A stretch of 64,000 nt of DNA from positions 1,248,001 through 1,312,000 of the forward strand of contig CBDCTH010000012.1 of the NCBI GenBank assembly GCA_965222155.1, read 5' to 3'. The translations under genes were made by a program, and so were the position numbers. The notes below the pieces were generated by a model. The model was not told where the DNA came from and searched no databases. It saw only the letters and a list, made by a program, of their open reading frames with translations. Shown piece after piece: positions 43,475 through 52,926 of this stretch (positions within the stretch are counted from its first letter, which is position 1; the number at the start of each line of letters is the position of its first letter). Source of the stretch: Gammaproteobacteria bacterium. GTDB lineage: Bacteria; Pseudomonadota; Gammaproteobacteria; Eutrophobiales; Eutrophobiaceae.

Positions 43475-45428
43475 ATGATTGCACGGCCAGGAGTCCCTGT
43501 CAGTGTAGAAATTCCTATAGTCGGCAAGAAAAGCGATATTCAGGTCAATCATTGCCGCATGCCAGACTGTGATAACTACGGAATTCCCGCCATAACGACC
43601 CAGATTAAGCCCGGACCGTCACCTGACCGGGACATGCATTACAAGGTGGCAACCACAAATAAAGGTCGTGTGTCCGCACTGGTCTGCAAGTGTTGCGGTG
43701 AGAAACCACCCATTAAGTCCAACCTGGGGATTGCGGAGGAATTGGCCAGAATCAGCGATTTGCTTCTGGGGCCCGACCCGGGATGTCCTCGCAAGGACTG
43801 TGAAAATCATGGCAAAAGCACGGAAGCACATCCAAAACGTTACCATAAGCGCGGTCTTGATAATCACACGGGAAGGCCGGTAAGAGGCTGCAAGGCATGT
43901 GGTGGACGATTTCTCATCGGCATGGTTCCCCCACGAGTTCATCCGCAACACCATCACTTGGCGTCATCTGTCTTCAGCAGAGTGGTGAACAAAGCGCCGG
44001 TACGCCGCACCCTGCAAGGCATCGGCCTACTAGACAAGCCACAACTGTATTACGACATCATCCGCTTCATTCGACGGCGCTGCAATCACTTGATCGGCGG
44101 TCTGGAGCGGGGCATGTTGCGCGGGCAGGTACCGTTACCTGCAAACCTGCACCTGGTCACCGACCTGCAGCAATACCAGCTCAACTGGACAGACCGGTTG
44201 GACAAGCGCAATCCGATGTTCTCGGCCGTCTGTACGGTAGACCGTGACAGCCGTTACGTGTTCGGCCTGCACGCCAACTATGACCCCGATGCCGACGCCT
44301 TCGCCATTGCCAAGGAGGCCGCTGAGCGAGGGGATTTCGAGCAGTCGGAAGCATTTCGCCGTCATGCAAGGCTCTGGTTGCCGGGCGCTGAATTGATGGG
44401 TGGGCGCGCTGCCGGCGAGCGCCTGGGACTGGCTCGAGTGCGGGCACTGCAGAAACAGTTGACGGAGATTTATGCGTCCGCGGTGAGCCGGGCTGATGTC
44501 GAGGACCGGGAACTGCAGGAGATGCACCCGGGGTTGCACAACTCGCAGGCCGGCACTGGCGCAGGTGCACGTGCTGTACACGGTGTACGCACACTTCTTC
44601 CTGATGCGCCAGTTGCTGCTGGGCGCCGGGGTCAGGCAGGTAGAGTACTCCATGGATTGTGAGTCCCTGCTGCGCGGCGCTTTCCTGAGTGCCTACCGGG
44701 ACGAGGTAAAGGACGGCACAGCGCACGGGTTTTACGTGCGTCATCATAAATACCTGACCGTCACGGAGCGGGAAACGGCTAAAAAAGAAGCCCGAGCACG
44801 TTTGGCGGTCTTTCGGGCAGGCTTGCCGGAAGATCAGCAGCGTGAGGCGGCACTGCTGTTGATGATGCGCAATATTGAGGCCGCTACCGCTTATGGAAAA
44901 TGGCAGGACCGCTGATTTAACCACCCGCTGCCGACCATGAACGAGCCGGAAAAGGCCGTGTGCTGGTTGACGTAGCGTAATGTTGACCTGAACAGCCGGA
45001 CACTGGCAGGGATGGCCATGCGGGCTGGTCTGGGGCCGGTGGATAACGTGTTCCAATTGACGCGCCGTTTCATGAACGCCCTGGTGCGTCCCATCGGCAC
45101 GTCGTCCGGCTATAACACCGTCTGGCATGGTTATGCGCCGTACAACCCCGCCATGCTGCAGCAGTACCTGGATTTGTTTCGCACGGCGCACAATTTCTGT
45201 CACACGGGGGATGACAAACAGACGCCAGCCATGCGTCTGGGGCTGGCAGAGCAGCCGCTCAGCTACGATGACGTGCTGTGGCCGGGGCAAGTACCGCCGG
45301 CACCACCGGTTGAACCGCAGACAGCCGGTGTGGACCTGTTATCCCGTTGGGATGGAGAGAATGAGACGGTAACAGCAGAGCAGGATCTGCCGGCCCAGGA
45401 TCAACACCTGCCCGCGCCGGGTTTCTGA
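43475..45428 (+). pseudogene. Zn-finger plus putative DDE-like transposase of the tRNA-targeted elements (unit 3, left end at 43406)
   Basis: Cys clusters; acidic motifs VTD, SMD and VDNVF; C-terminal HNFC...QTPAMRLGL; frameshift near 44550 and stops at 44913 and 44973. Confidence 0.65.
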
Positions 45429-45452
45429 TGACTACAAGAGGAGATTAGTTCC

Positions 45453-45938
45453 ATGACAACTGAAATACATCATGGTCAAGCCGAGGCCAATGACAGTGGT
45501 GCTGTGTCACCGGCTGTTTCGCCGATAAATTCTGTACACGGTGAACTTACTGAATATGAATACGAATGTGAACTGGAAGCCACCCAGGCCGAGCGTGCCC
45601 GGATAGTGCAGGAGACTGCATGGGATTCTGACCCGGACTGGCATGCGTTTCGGACATTGTGTTATCCGGACACCGAGACGCCCGATGCAGTGGCCATCAA
45701 AGAGGGAGTAAATCACTTGATTGCAGCCGCCCAACGCGGCCATGCGCCGGCCCAATGCCGATTGGCCACGGAATTGCACCTGGGAGAGGGTCGGTTGGGC
45801 ATTCAGCCGGACGTTTGCAAGGCAGTGGCCTGGTATCGGGCAGCGGCGAAGAACGGTGACCCGATTGCGCTTCAGTCCCTGGTTGTGTTGGAGGTAACCC
45901 ATCCCGATATCATGAAGCAGGACAGTGATGCATGTTGA
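45453..45938 (+). CDS. Sel1-like repeat protein
   Basis: AAQRGHAPAQCRLA and D..KAVAWYRAAAKNGD..A; GAGGAG ribosome-binding site. Confidence 0.7.
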   Translation: MTTEIHHGQAEANDSGAVSPAVSPINSVHGELTEYEYECELEATQAERARIVQETAWDSDPDWHAFRTLCYPDTETPDAVAIKEGVNHLIAAAQRGHAPAQCRLATELHLGEGRLGIQPDVCKAVAWYRAAAKNGDPIALQSLVVLEVTHPDIMKQDSDAC

Positions 45939-46038
45939 GCGGCATTCTCTGGTGGGCAAGGACTACAGCACCCCCGCCATGCGGCAAAATTCCCGGTAAA
46001 TCGTAAAAAGCCAAACCGCCGCCGGGAAATTTTCCGAA

Positions 46039-46068
46039 TTGACACTGTTTCGAGGATTGCCTTATAAT
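46039..46068 (+). promoter_or_regulatory. Sigma70 promoter of kinase 1
   Basis: TTGACA-N18-TATAAT; homologous copies precede the other two kinase genes. Confidence 0.8.
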
Positions 46069-46111
46069 CCTTAAACATCCTCGCACTGCAACCGGATACC
46101 TGTTTCAGTCC

Positions 46112-48805
46112 ATGACTTTCGACCACTTACATGCGCTGCCGCCCGGCACGCGCTTTGAGGAATACCGGCTGGATGTGGTGCTGGGCGCCGGGGGCTTCGG
46201 CATCACCTACCGGGCGTACGATGAAAACCTGGACAAGGTCGTGGCCATCAAGGAATACCTGCCTGATTTTGCTACCCGGACGGGGGCCAGCACGGTGGTG
46301 CCCAAATCCAGCACGGACGCTCAGGATTATCATTGGGGTTTGACCCGGTTCCTGGACGAGGCCCGCACCCTGGCGCGGTTCGACCATCCTCACATGAACA
46401 AGGTGCATCGCTTTTTCGAGGCCAACGGCACGGCCTACATGGTGCTGGAGTACATCCACGGCGAGACCCTGGCAAACCGGTTGAGCCGCGAACCGCGCTT
46501 ACCGGAGGAGACTTTGCTGCGGTTGCTGGACGAAGTCTTGTCTGGCCTGGCAGTGATACACGAAGCTAGGTACGTCCACCGTGACATCAAGCCGGGCAAC
46601 CTGATGTTGCGCGAAGAGGACGGGAGTGCGGTGCTGCTGGACTTCGGCGCGGCGCGCCAAGCCGTGGGGCAGCGTTCGCAGCGGTTGACGACGATTTTGA
46701 CACCGGGGTATGCGCCGATTGAGCAGTATGACGGCAAGGTGGACCGCGTCGGCGCGTGGACGGACATCTATGCGTTGGGGATGGTGGCGTACCGGTGTAT
46801 CAGCGGGACCGGTGATGGAGACCTGACGGATGCGGTGGCGCGTAAGCTGGCGCAACACGACGATAACGCGGGACTGGCCTCGGCTGTGGAAGCAGGAAGA
46901 GGCCGGTACAGTCCGAAGTTACTGGCGGCGATTGACTGGGCGATAGAGGTGGATGAGGAGTCTCGGCCGCAGGGGGTGAGTGAGTGGAGCGAGTCACTGG
47001 CCGGGGGGGTGAGCAAGAAACGCACAGCCAGGTCGGCACGCAAGCCCGCGACCCGGTCTGCAAAGCCCCCGACAACGGAGCGCACCGGCATGAGTTGGTC
47101 GAGCATGGCGCTGACGGTAGTGATTGTCGTGCTGCTGGGGGCGAGCGCCTGGCAGGGCTGGCGTTTGTACCAGGGGATGCCCGGGGTTGGCATGGCTGAC
47201 ACCGAAACAACGGCGGAGCCGCAGGCGGGTATTCAGACTGAACCACGAACAGGCACAGAGTCAGATATCCAGCTCGACAGTCCGGCACAGACCGCGCCAG
47301 AAACACCCGACACCAAGTTAGCGTCGGTAGACAGCACAAAGCCGGAAGCGAGCCAGCCGGTTACAGGGCCGAGCGCTTCACCGCCTCCTGAAGAAGATGA
47401 AGTCTCTCGTTTACTGGCGGCAGCCGAGGCCGACATCACGGCGCGGCGCTTGACCAGCCCTGTCGGGAACAATGCCTGGGAGAAGTATCAACGGGTATTG
47501 AGTTTATCCCCTGCCCACCCCGAAGCCATGGCGGGGATGGAGCGGGTGATGGGGAGTTACCTGGAGTTGTTCGGGGCTGCGCTGGAGCAGGAGGATTTTG
47601 ACAAGGCGGGTAGTTACCTGGGACGTATTCGTGAGTTACACCCGGACTCACCGGTGCTGGAGGAAGGTGTGCGCCGTATTGAAACGAGCAAGCAGGAGCA
47701 GGCGGACCGGTTGTCAAGGAGGCAGGCCATTCGGGCACGCCTGGACTCGTTTGAGACGGCGTTACGGCAGGATAAGCTGGACGAGGCGGCGGGTTACCTG
47801 GATCGAATACGCGCCCTGGATGCAAATGCAGCGGGGTTGGCAGAGGGGGAACAGCGTCTTGCCGAGGCCCGGCAGGCGGAGGCGGAGTTGGCGCGGCAAC
47901 GGCAGGCGGAGGCCGGCCGGCATGTAGCGCAGTTTGAGGAAGCGATGCAGGAAGGAGGCCTTGACAAGGCGGCGAGACACATCGCAGGCATTCGTAGATT
48001 ACACCCGGACTGGCCTGAACTGGGGGATGCAGAACAGCGTTTTGCCAAGGCCCGGGAGACAGAGAAGGAACGCCAGCGCAGAGAGGGCGAAGCAAGAGCG
48101 AGGGAACTGGCCGATGAAATGGTCTCGATACCCGCCGGCACGTTCCGCATGGGGGACATGAGTGGCGATGGTCAGAGTGATGAAAAACCGGTCCACCGCG
48201 TAAGGGTGTCGGCCTTCAATCTGGGCAAGTACGAGGTGACGTTTGCCCAATGGGACGCCTGCGTAGCGGACGGGGGTTGTGGCGGTTACCGGCCGGAGGA
48301 TTATGGCAGCGGCCGGGATAATCACCCGGTGATAAACGTCTCCTGGGACTATGTCCAGACGTTCATCTTCTGGTTGAATAAGAAGACCGGCGGTAATTTC
48401 CGCTTGCCGAGCGCGGCGGAGTGGGAGTATGCGGCCCGTGCCGGGAGCAAGACCAAATACTCTTGGGGGAACAGCATCGGCAGCAACCGGGCGAATTGCG
48501 ACGGTTGCGGCAGTCGATGGGATGATGACCGGACTGCGCCGGTGGGGAGTTTCTCTGCCAATGCCTGGGGGTTACATGACATGCACGGCAACGTGTGGGA
48601 GTGGACAGAGGACTGCTGGAACGACAGTTACGCGGGGGCGCCGAGTGACGGCCGCGCCTGGGAACTGGGGAACTGCGGCCGGCGTGTGCGTCGCGGCGGT
48701 TCCTGGAACGACGGGCCGTGGAACCTGCGTTCCGCCAGCCGTGACAGGTTTACCCGCTCGGACCGCCTCAACTTCATCGGCTTCCGCTTGGCCCAGGACA
48801 AGTAG
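46112..48805 (+). CDS. Receptor-like Ser/Thr kinase with TM helix, helical repeats and a C-terminal FGE-sulfatase (CLec-fold) domain; putative DGR target
   Basis: GAGGFG, VAIKE, HRDIKPGN, DFG and GYAPIEQ; TM segment ALTVVIVVLLGASAW; RLPS.AEWEYAARAG, GLHDMHGNVWEW and RGGSW...GFRLA. Confidence 0.93.
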   Translation: MTFDHLHALPPGTRFEEYRLDVVLGAGGFGITYRAYDENLDKVVAIKEYLPDFATRTGASTVVPKSSTDAQDYHWGLTRFLDEARTLARFDHPHMNKVHRFFEANGTAYMVLEYIHGETLANRLSREPRLPEETLLRLLDEVLSGLAVIHEARYVHRDIKPGNLMLREEDGSAVLLDFGAARQAVGQRSQRLTTILTPGYAPIEQYDGKVDRVGAWTDIYALGMVAYRCISGTGDGDLTDAVARKLAQHDDNAGLASAVEAGRGRYSPKLLAAIDWAIEVDEESRPQGVSEWSESLAGGVSKKRTARSARKPATRSAKPPTTERTGMSWSSMALTVVIVVLLGASAWQGWRLYQGMPGVGMADTETTAEPQAGIQTEPRTGTESDIQLDSPAQTAPETPDTKLASVDSTKPEASQPVTGPSASPPPEEDEVSRLLAAAEADITARRLTSPVGNNAWEKYQRVLSLSPAHPEAMAGMERVMGSYLELFGAALEQEDFDKAGSYLGRIRELHPDSPVLEEGVRRIETSKQEQADRLSRRQAIRARLDSFETALRQDKLDEAAGYLDRIRALDANAAGLAEGEQRLAEARQAEAELARQRQAEAGRHVAQFEEAMQEGGLDKAARHIAGIRRLHPDWPELGDAEQRFAKARETEKERQRREGEARARELADEMVSIPAGTFRMGDMSGDGQSDEKPVHRVRVSAFNLGKYEVTFAQWDACVADGGCGGYRPEDYGSGRDNHPVINVSWDYVQTFIFWLNKKTGGNFRLPSAAEWEYAARAGSKTKYSWGNSIGSNRANCDGCGSRWDDDRTAPVGSFSANAWGLHDMHGNVWEWTEDCWNDSYAGAPSDGRAWELGNCGRRVRRGGSWNDGPWNLRSASRDRFTRSDRLNFIGFRLAQDK
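48681..48774 (+). other. Putative DGR variable region VR1
   Basis: 23 differences from the paralog (55367-55460), 22 of them at codon positions 1 or 2, inside otherwise identical sequence. Confidence 0.85.
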
Positions 48806-48884
48806 ACCGAAGGCATTATGCCAACTATCTGTACGAAACTTTCTATCAGGATTCCCTTTAAACTTTTCCCTTTTTCCCTTTTCT

Positions 48885-48905
48885 GCCCGGCGCATAGCGC
48901 CGGGC
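48885..48905. other. GC-rich hairpin downstream of VR1
   Basis: GCCCGGCGC-ATA-GCGCCGGGC. Confidence 0.7.
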
Positions 48906-49741
48906 CACGATTTTTTTAGGGTTTGCCTGTTCAATCACCTCCCTGACGGAACCCCAATCACACCCCTCACGGAGAACAACCTGAGCCTCTGGTTACGTCA
49001 GCTATCATCTGTCTCCATGTATCCAACCACTCCAGACTGCATCGGTACAGTACCGGCTCCCCTGTGTATTCGCGGTGGAAGCATGACTCGAATGCATCAA
49101 TATGGTCATGCATGTCGCCCCACATTTTTTGACATGAAAAAGTTTCGAGATACTCGGGCAAGACAAGATTGTCTGTCCAGTTTTCGAAATCTGCCCGGAC
49201 ATGGGAACAAGGGTCGTCGACGGGATAAAGCTCCGGCGAATCACACGAAGCATTAAGGTCCAGGTCCGATTCGGGTAACGGCCGGTTATCGCCCCTGCCC
49301 CCTGGATTTTCATCCATCGATTCTGCGAGTTGCCTTGCACGTTCCATCCTTATCCATCTCTTCGTAATAGCTGTCTGTCGGATTCGCTGCCTGTTCCCGG
49401 GCGGCCCGGGTTTACCTGTCCAGGTAGGCATTGGCATCCTCTACGCCGCGTTCCAACTGTATCTCGCGATACTCTCGGGCCACGCTCCTGTCCGATCGCA
49501 GCAGGTCGGTCTGCGTCTTGATTTTTTCACGCTCCCTGCGTTCCTGCTCCTGATGGTGCTCTTCAATTTGCGGGGAAATAATATGTTCGTCTATCTCGGA
49601 ACACCAACCTGGTCCCGAACTCCCAGGAAGTCGTCAGCTTCCCGACCACTCCCAGAGCACGCGGCGCGGTCCTCGCTGCTGCGCTGAGCGTGCCCATTCC
49701 CAGCCTGCCCAAAACCTTGCCGATTTGCTTGAGTCCTGTAT

Positions 49742-51055
49742 TCACGACGCTGTCCTCGATTTCCCCTGCAACATAGTCTTGGGATATATCGACCAGCGTA
49801 TCCCGGCAGACCACGCGGTTTGCGGACAGGTTCTCACCGGTGCAGTCTGCAGCGCGGGACATGGCGTCCATGGCGGTCTCCACCCCTTTCGGGTCGACCG
49901 TGTCTCAATCGGCGTGGCGCTGGTCATCCACGCGGGCGCGACCGGCGTCGCGGCATCTGCGGCGCTAAGCCGTTCCCCAGGCACGATCCGGAGTTCGCTG
50001 ATACGGTACGCGGAATCAACCGTGCGCTCCCAGTAAGTCAGCAAGGCGACGTCCAGCAGCGGGTTGTAGTAGAGCGCCGCGGGCGTGGGCGTGTCCGCGG
50101 CGCGTGTTTCGATGACGGCATTCTCAAAAAACGGCCCCCAGGTTTGTTTGAGCACGCTGTTGCGCTGCGCTTCCGTCGCATCCGGCGGCACCAGCCAGCT
50201 TACGCCCGGTATCAGTCCCAGTACCCGCATAGACATATCGTCGCGGTCTACGACCGAGCGGCGTAACGCCGCCGCCTGTCCGGGGAACCCCGGCGTCTCG
50301 GCAGGTTCAGCCTGCGGAACGGCCGCAACGGGAGGGGCTTCGGCCGGCGGGCCGGTAGCTGTCTCCGGCTCTGCCGCTACTGCTTGCGTCACTGTAACCG
50401 GCAGGGCAGCCTGTTCCTGCTCTGTCGGTGGCGTTTCCGGCGGCGCCGTGACCAGGTCGTAGGTCTCGATCAGGCCCAGCCGTCCCCGGACCGCGACAAA
50501 CGAACCCGTATGGGGCAGTTTGAACATGGTGACCGGCTGTTTTGCGCCGGACCCCTTGTCAGTCCAGATCAGGGAACTGGTGACGACTTTTTCCGTGAGG
50601 CTCGCCGGCACACAACGGTAATCTGGCAGGGACGGTTTTTCATATCCTGCCTGGGGAACGCTGCCCAGGCAGCGGTATTGATCGCCGGGCGGGACGGCCC
50701 GCCACATCGAACCGTCCTGCCGCGCCCCGCTGCCCTTGTCCTTCCATATCAATTCCCAGTCTACCGGTACGGCCAGTTGCGCCGAGTCCTTTACTGTCAG
50801 CACACAGTCGACACCGGTTAGTTCCTTTAGGCGGGACCCATAGCCGCCGATAATGAAATACGTCGGCTCTGCAACCGGGAGGTAAAAATAGCCGTCCAGG
50901 TCCGCGCCCGAGCCCTTGTCATCCCAGGTCTTTTCCATGGAGCACGCCGGCCTGGTATCAAGCCGGGCGCCTGTTGCCGTGGGATTGTCAACCTGGGCAA
51001 GAACGCCTGCGGAGATGAACCAGGCAAGGAACAGGAAGCAGGTAGGGCGCATCAT
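49742..51055 (-). CDS. Secreted Vps62/DUF946-like repeat protein, probably rearranged or frameshifted at its 3' end
   Basis: Signal peptide; three W.DKGSGA repeats; Pro/Ala-rich linker; coding frame appears to switch near 49890. Confidence 0.6.
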   Translation of the reverse strand: MMRPTCFLFLAWFISAGVLAQVDNPTATGARLDTRPACSMEKTWDDKGSGADLDGYFYLPVAEPTYFIIGGYGSRLKELTGVDCVLTVKDSAQLAVPVDWELIWKDKGSGARQDGSMWRAVPPGDQYRCLGSVPQAGYEKPSLPDYRCVPASLTEKVVTSSLIWTDKGSGAKQPVTMFKLPHTGSFVAVRGRLGLIETYDLVTAPPETPPTEQEQAALPVTVTQAVAAEPETATGPPAEAPPVAAVPQAEPAETPGFPGQAAALRRSVVDRDDMSMRVLGLIPGVSWLVPPDATEAQRNSVLKQTWGPFFENAVIETRAADTPTPAALYYNPLLDVALLTYWERTVDSAYRISELRIVPGERLSAADAATPVAPAWMTSATPIETRSTRKGWRPPWTPCPALQTAPVRTCPQTAWSAGIRWSIYPKTMLQGKSRTAS

Positions 51056-51205
51056 CAGTGTTTGTTCAGTTTCCTTAAAGTCCGGTTAGTCCTGCTCATT
51101 CCGGGAATGGGATAGATACACCGGATTGTAGTCAGGTGGCGCTGATGTTGCAAGCTTTGAGGATATCCTGTATGTGGCAAACAACTACTTCGGTCCGAAG
51201 GAAAG

Positions 51206-52839
51206 CAGCTATTCCCGCTAACGCCTGGGTCGTCACGAAATCCCGATAAATACGGGGTTTTTGAGAAGGCTGAAAAAAGGTTTTCGTAAACGTTTGGCAT
51301 TGCTTCAGTATAGTAGGGAGTATTATTCAAGTCAAAAGTGAGGTGAGAAGCCATGTCTCGACCTTCGTTTCGCAAAACTTTGAGTCTCCCCGGTCTGTTA
51401 GCTGAGGTACGTCGTTGTTTTCAAGCCATCCCGGACGGCAAGGTGGGTCGGGGCTTGACCCTGACGGAGTATCTGCTGTCGGGGTTGGCGGTATTCGGTT
51501 TGAAGTACCCGTCATTATTGCAGTTTGATGCAGGCCGTCAGAACGAGGTGGTGCGTTCGAACCTGCGCACGTTATACGGGATTGTGCGGGTCCCCTCGGA
51601 CACGGCGTTGCGTGAGCGGCTGGATGAGGTGGACCCGTCCCGGTTACGGCGGGCGTTCCGGCGGGTGTTACAGGTGTTGCAGTGTGGCAAGGGTCTGGAG
51701 GACTTTCAGTGGTGGGCCGGTCATTACCTGTTATCGGTGGACGGGACGGGCTATTTTTATTCGGACCAGGTGCATTGCGAGCAGTGCTGTGAGACACACC
51801 ACCGGGACGGTCGGGTGAGTTATTATCATCAGTTGTTGGGGGCGGTACTGGTACATCCTGACCAACGTGCGGTGTTGCCGTTAGCACCGGAGCCCCTCTT
51901 ACGTGCGGACGGGGTGGCTAAGAATGACTGTGAGCGCACTGCGGCGTAGCGCTTGCTGACGGACGTGCGGCGCGAGCATCCCCACCTGAAACTGGTTGTA
52001 GTGGAAGATGCGTTGGCGGCCAACGGGCCGCATATCAAGTTATTACAGTCGTTGAAGCTACGTTATATCCTGGGGGTGAAGCCCGGCGACCATGCGTTTC
52101 TGTTTGATTGGGTGGCTACCACGCCGGGGGTGCAGAGCGCGGCGTTGACCGGGGAAGACGGCACCGTGCACCGGTTTCGTTACCTTAACGGTGCGCCGTT
52201 GAACGAGAGTCACTTTGACCTTCAGGTGAACTTCCTGGCGTATGAAGAGCAGCGTCCCTCAGGCAAGGTACGGCATTTTACCTGGGTGACGGATATACCG
52301 TTACACGAGGCCAACCTGCTGCGGGTGATGCGCGGGGCGCGGGCGCGTTGGAAGATTGAGAATGAGACATTCAATACCCTGAAGCACCAAGGCTATCACT
52401 TTGAGCATAACCTCAAGCATGGCTATCAGCACCTGTCCACGGTGCTGGCGTACCTGATGATGCTGGCGTTTCTGGTAGACCAAGTGCAGCAGCACTGCTG
52501 CGGACTGTTTCAACAGGCGTCGGCGAAGGAGAAATATAAACGCTACTTCTGGGAGACGCTGCGCAGCTTCTTCTTCACCTGGCTGCTGCCGGACTGGGAG
52601 ACGTTGTATCGGGCGCTGGCCTATGGCGCTGCCCCGCGCGTGCTGACCCCCTATGATACCTCTTAAGGGTGAGCCGTGACCGGGTAGCTCAAGGCGAGGG
52701 ACTTCAGGGGATACCAAGCTGAATACAGAACACCGGGGACAGCCGGAGGGCCGCCCATCCCCTGCTGGTCGGGTCATTGTGAAAAAAATGAATCTGGCCC
52801 GATAATGCTGCCGATCGCAGGAGTTAGCGGGAACACCTG
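51206..52839 (+). mobile_element. Insertion sequence (DDE transposase, IS4-like/ISNCY type)
   Basis: TIRs CAGCTATTCCCGCTAACGCCTG / CAGGAGTTAGCGGGAACACCTG; flanks GAAGGAAAG / GAAGGAAAT. Confidence 0.85.
51353..52666 (+). pseudogene. DDE transposase with one internal stop
   Basis: SVDGTG, KNDCE, VEDAL and RARWKIENETFNTLK; TAG at 51947 splits two in-frame ORFs. Confidence 0.88.
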
Positions 52840-52856
52840 GAAGGAAATCTTCCGTA

Positions 52857-52886
52857 TTGACACGGTTTCCGGGACTACCTTACAAT
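52857..52886 (+). promoter_or_regulatory. Sigma70 promoter of kinase 2
   Basis: TTGACA-N18-TACAAT. Confidence 0.78.
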
Positions 52887-52926
52887 CCTTAAACGCCTCA
52901 GCACTATAAATTGAGATCACAAACCC

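Noticed and set aside
45965-45980. CACCCCCGCCA as the closing tRNA-end duplication of unit 3
   Set aside because: It is only a partial match and is not preceded by the AACGCCTA terminal repeat; the right end of unit 3 is unresolved.
44913-51949. Stop-codon recoding to explain in-frame TGA/TAG in the transposases
   Set aside because: Core genes use TGA and TAG as normal stops, and related elements also carry frameshifts, which fits decay.
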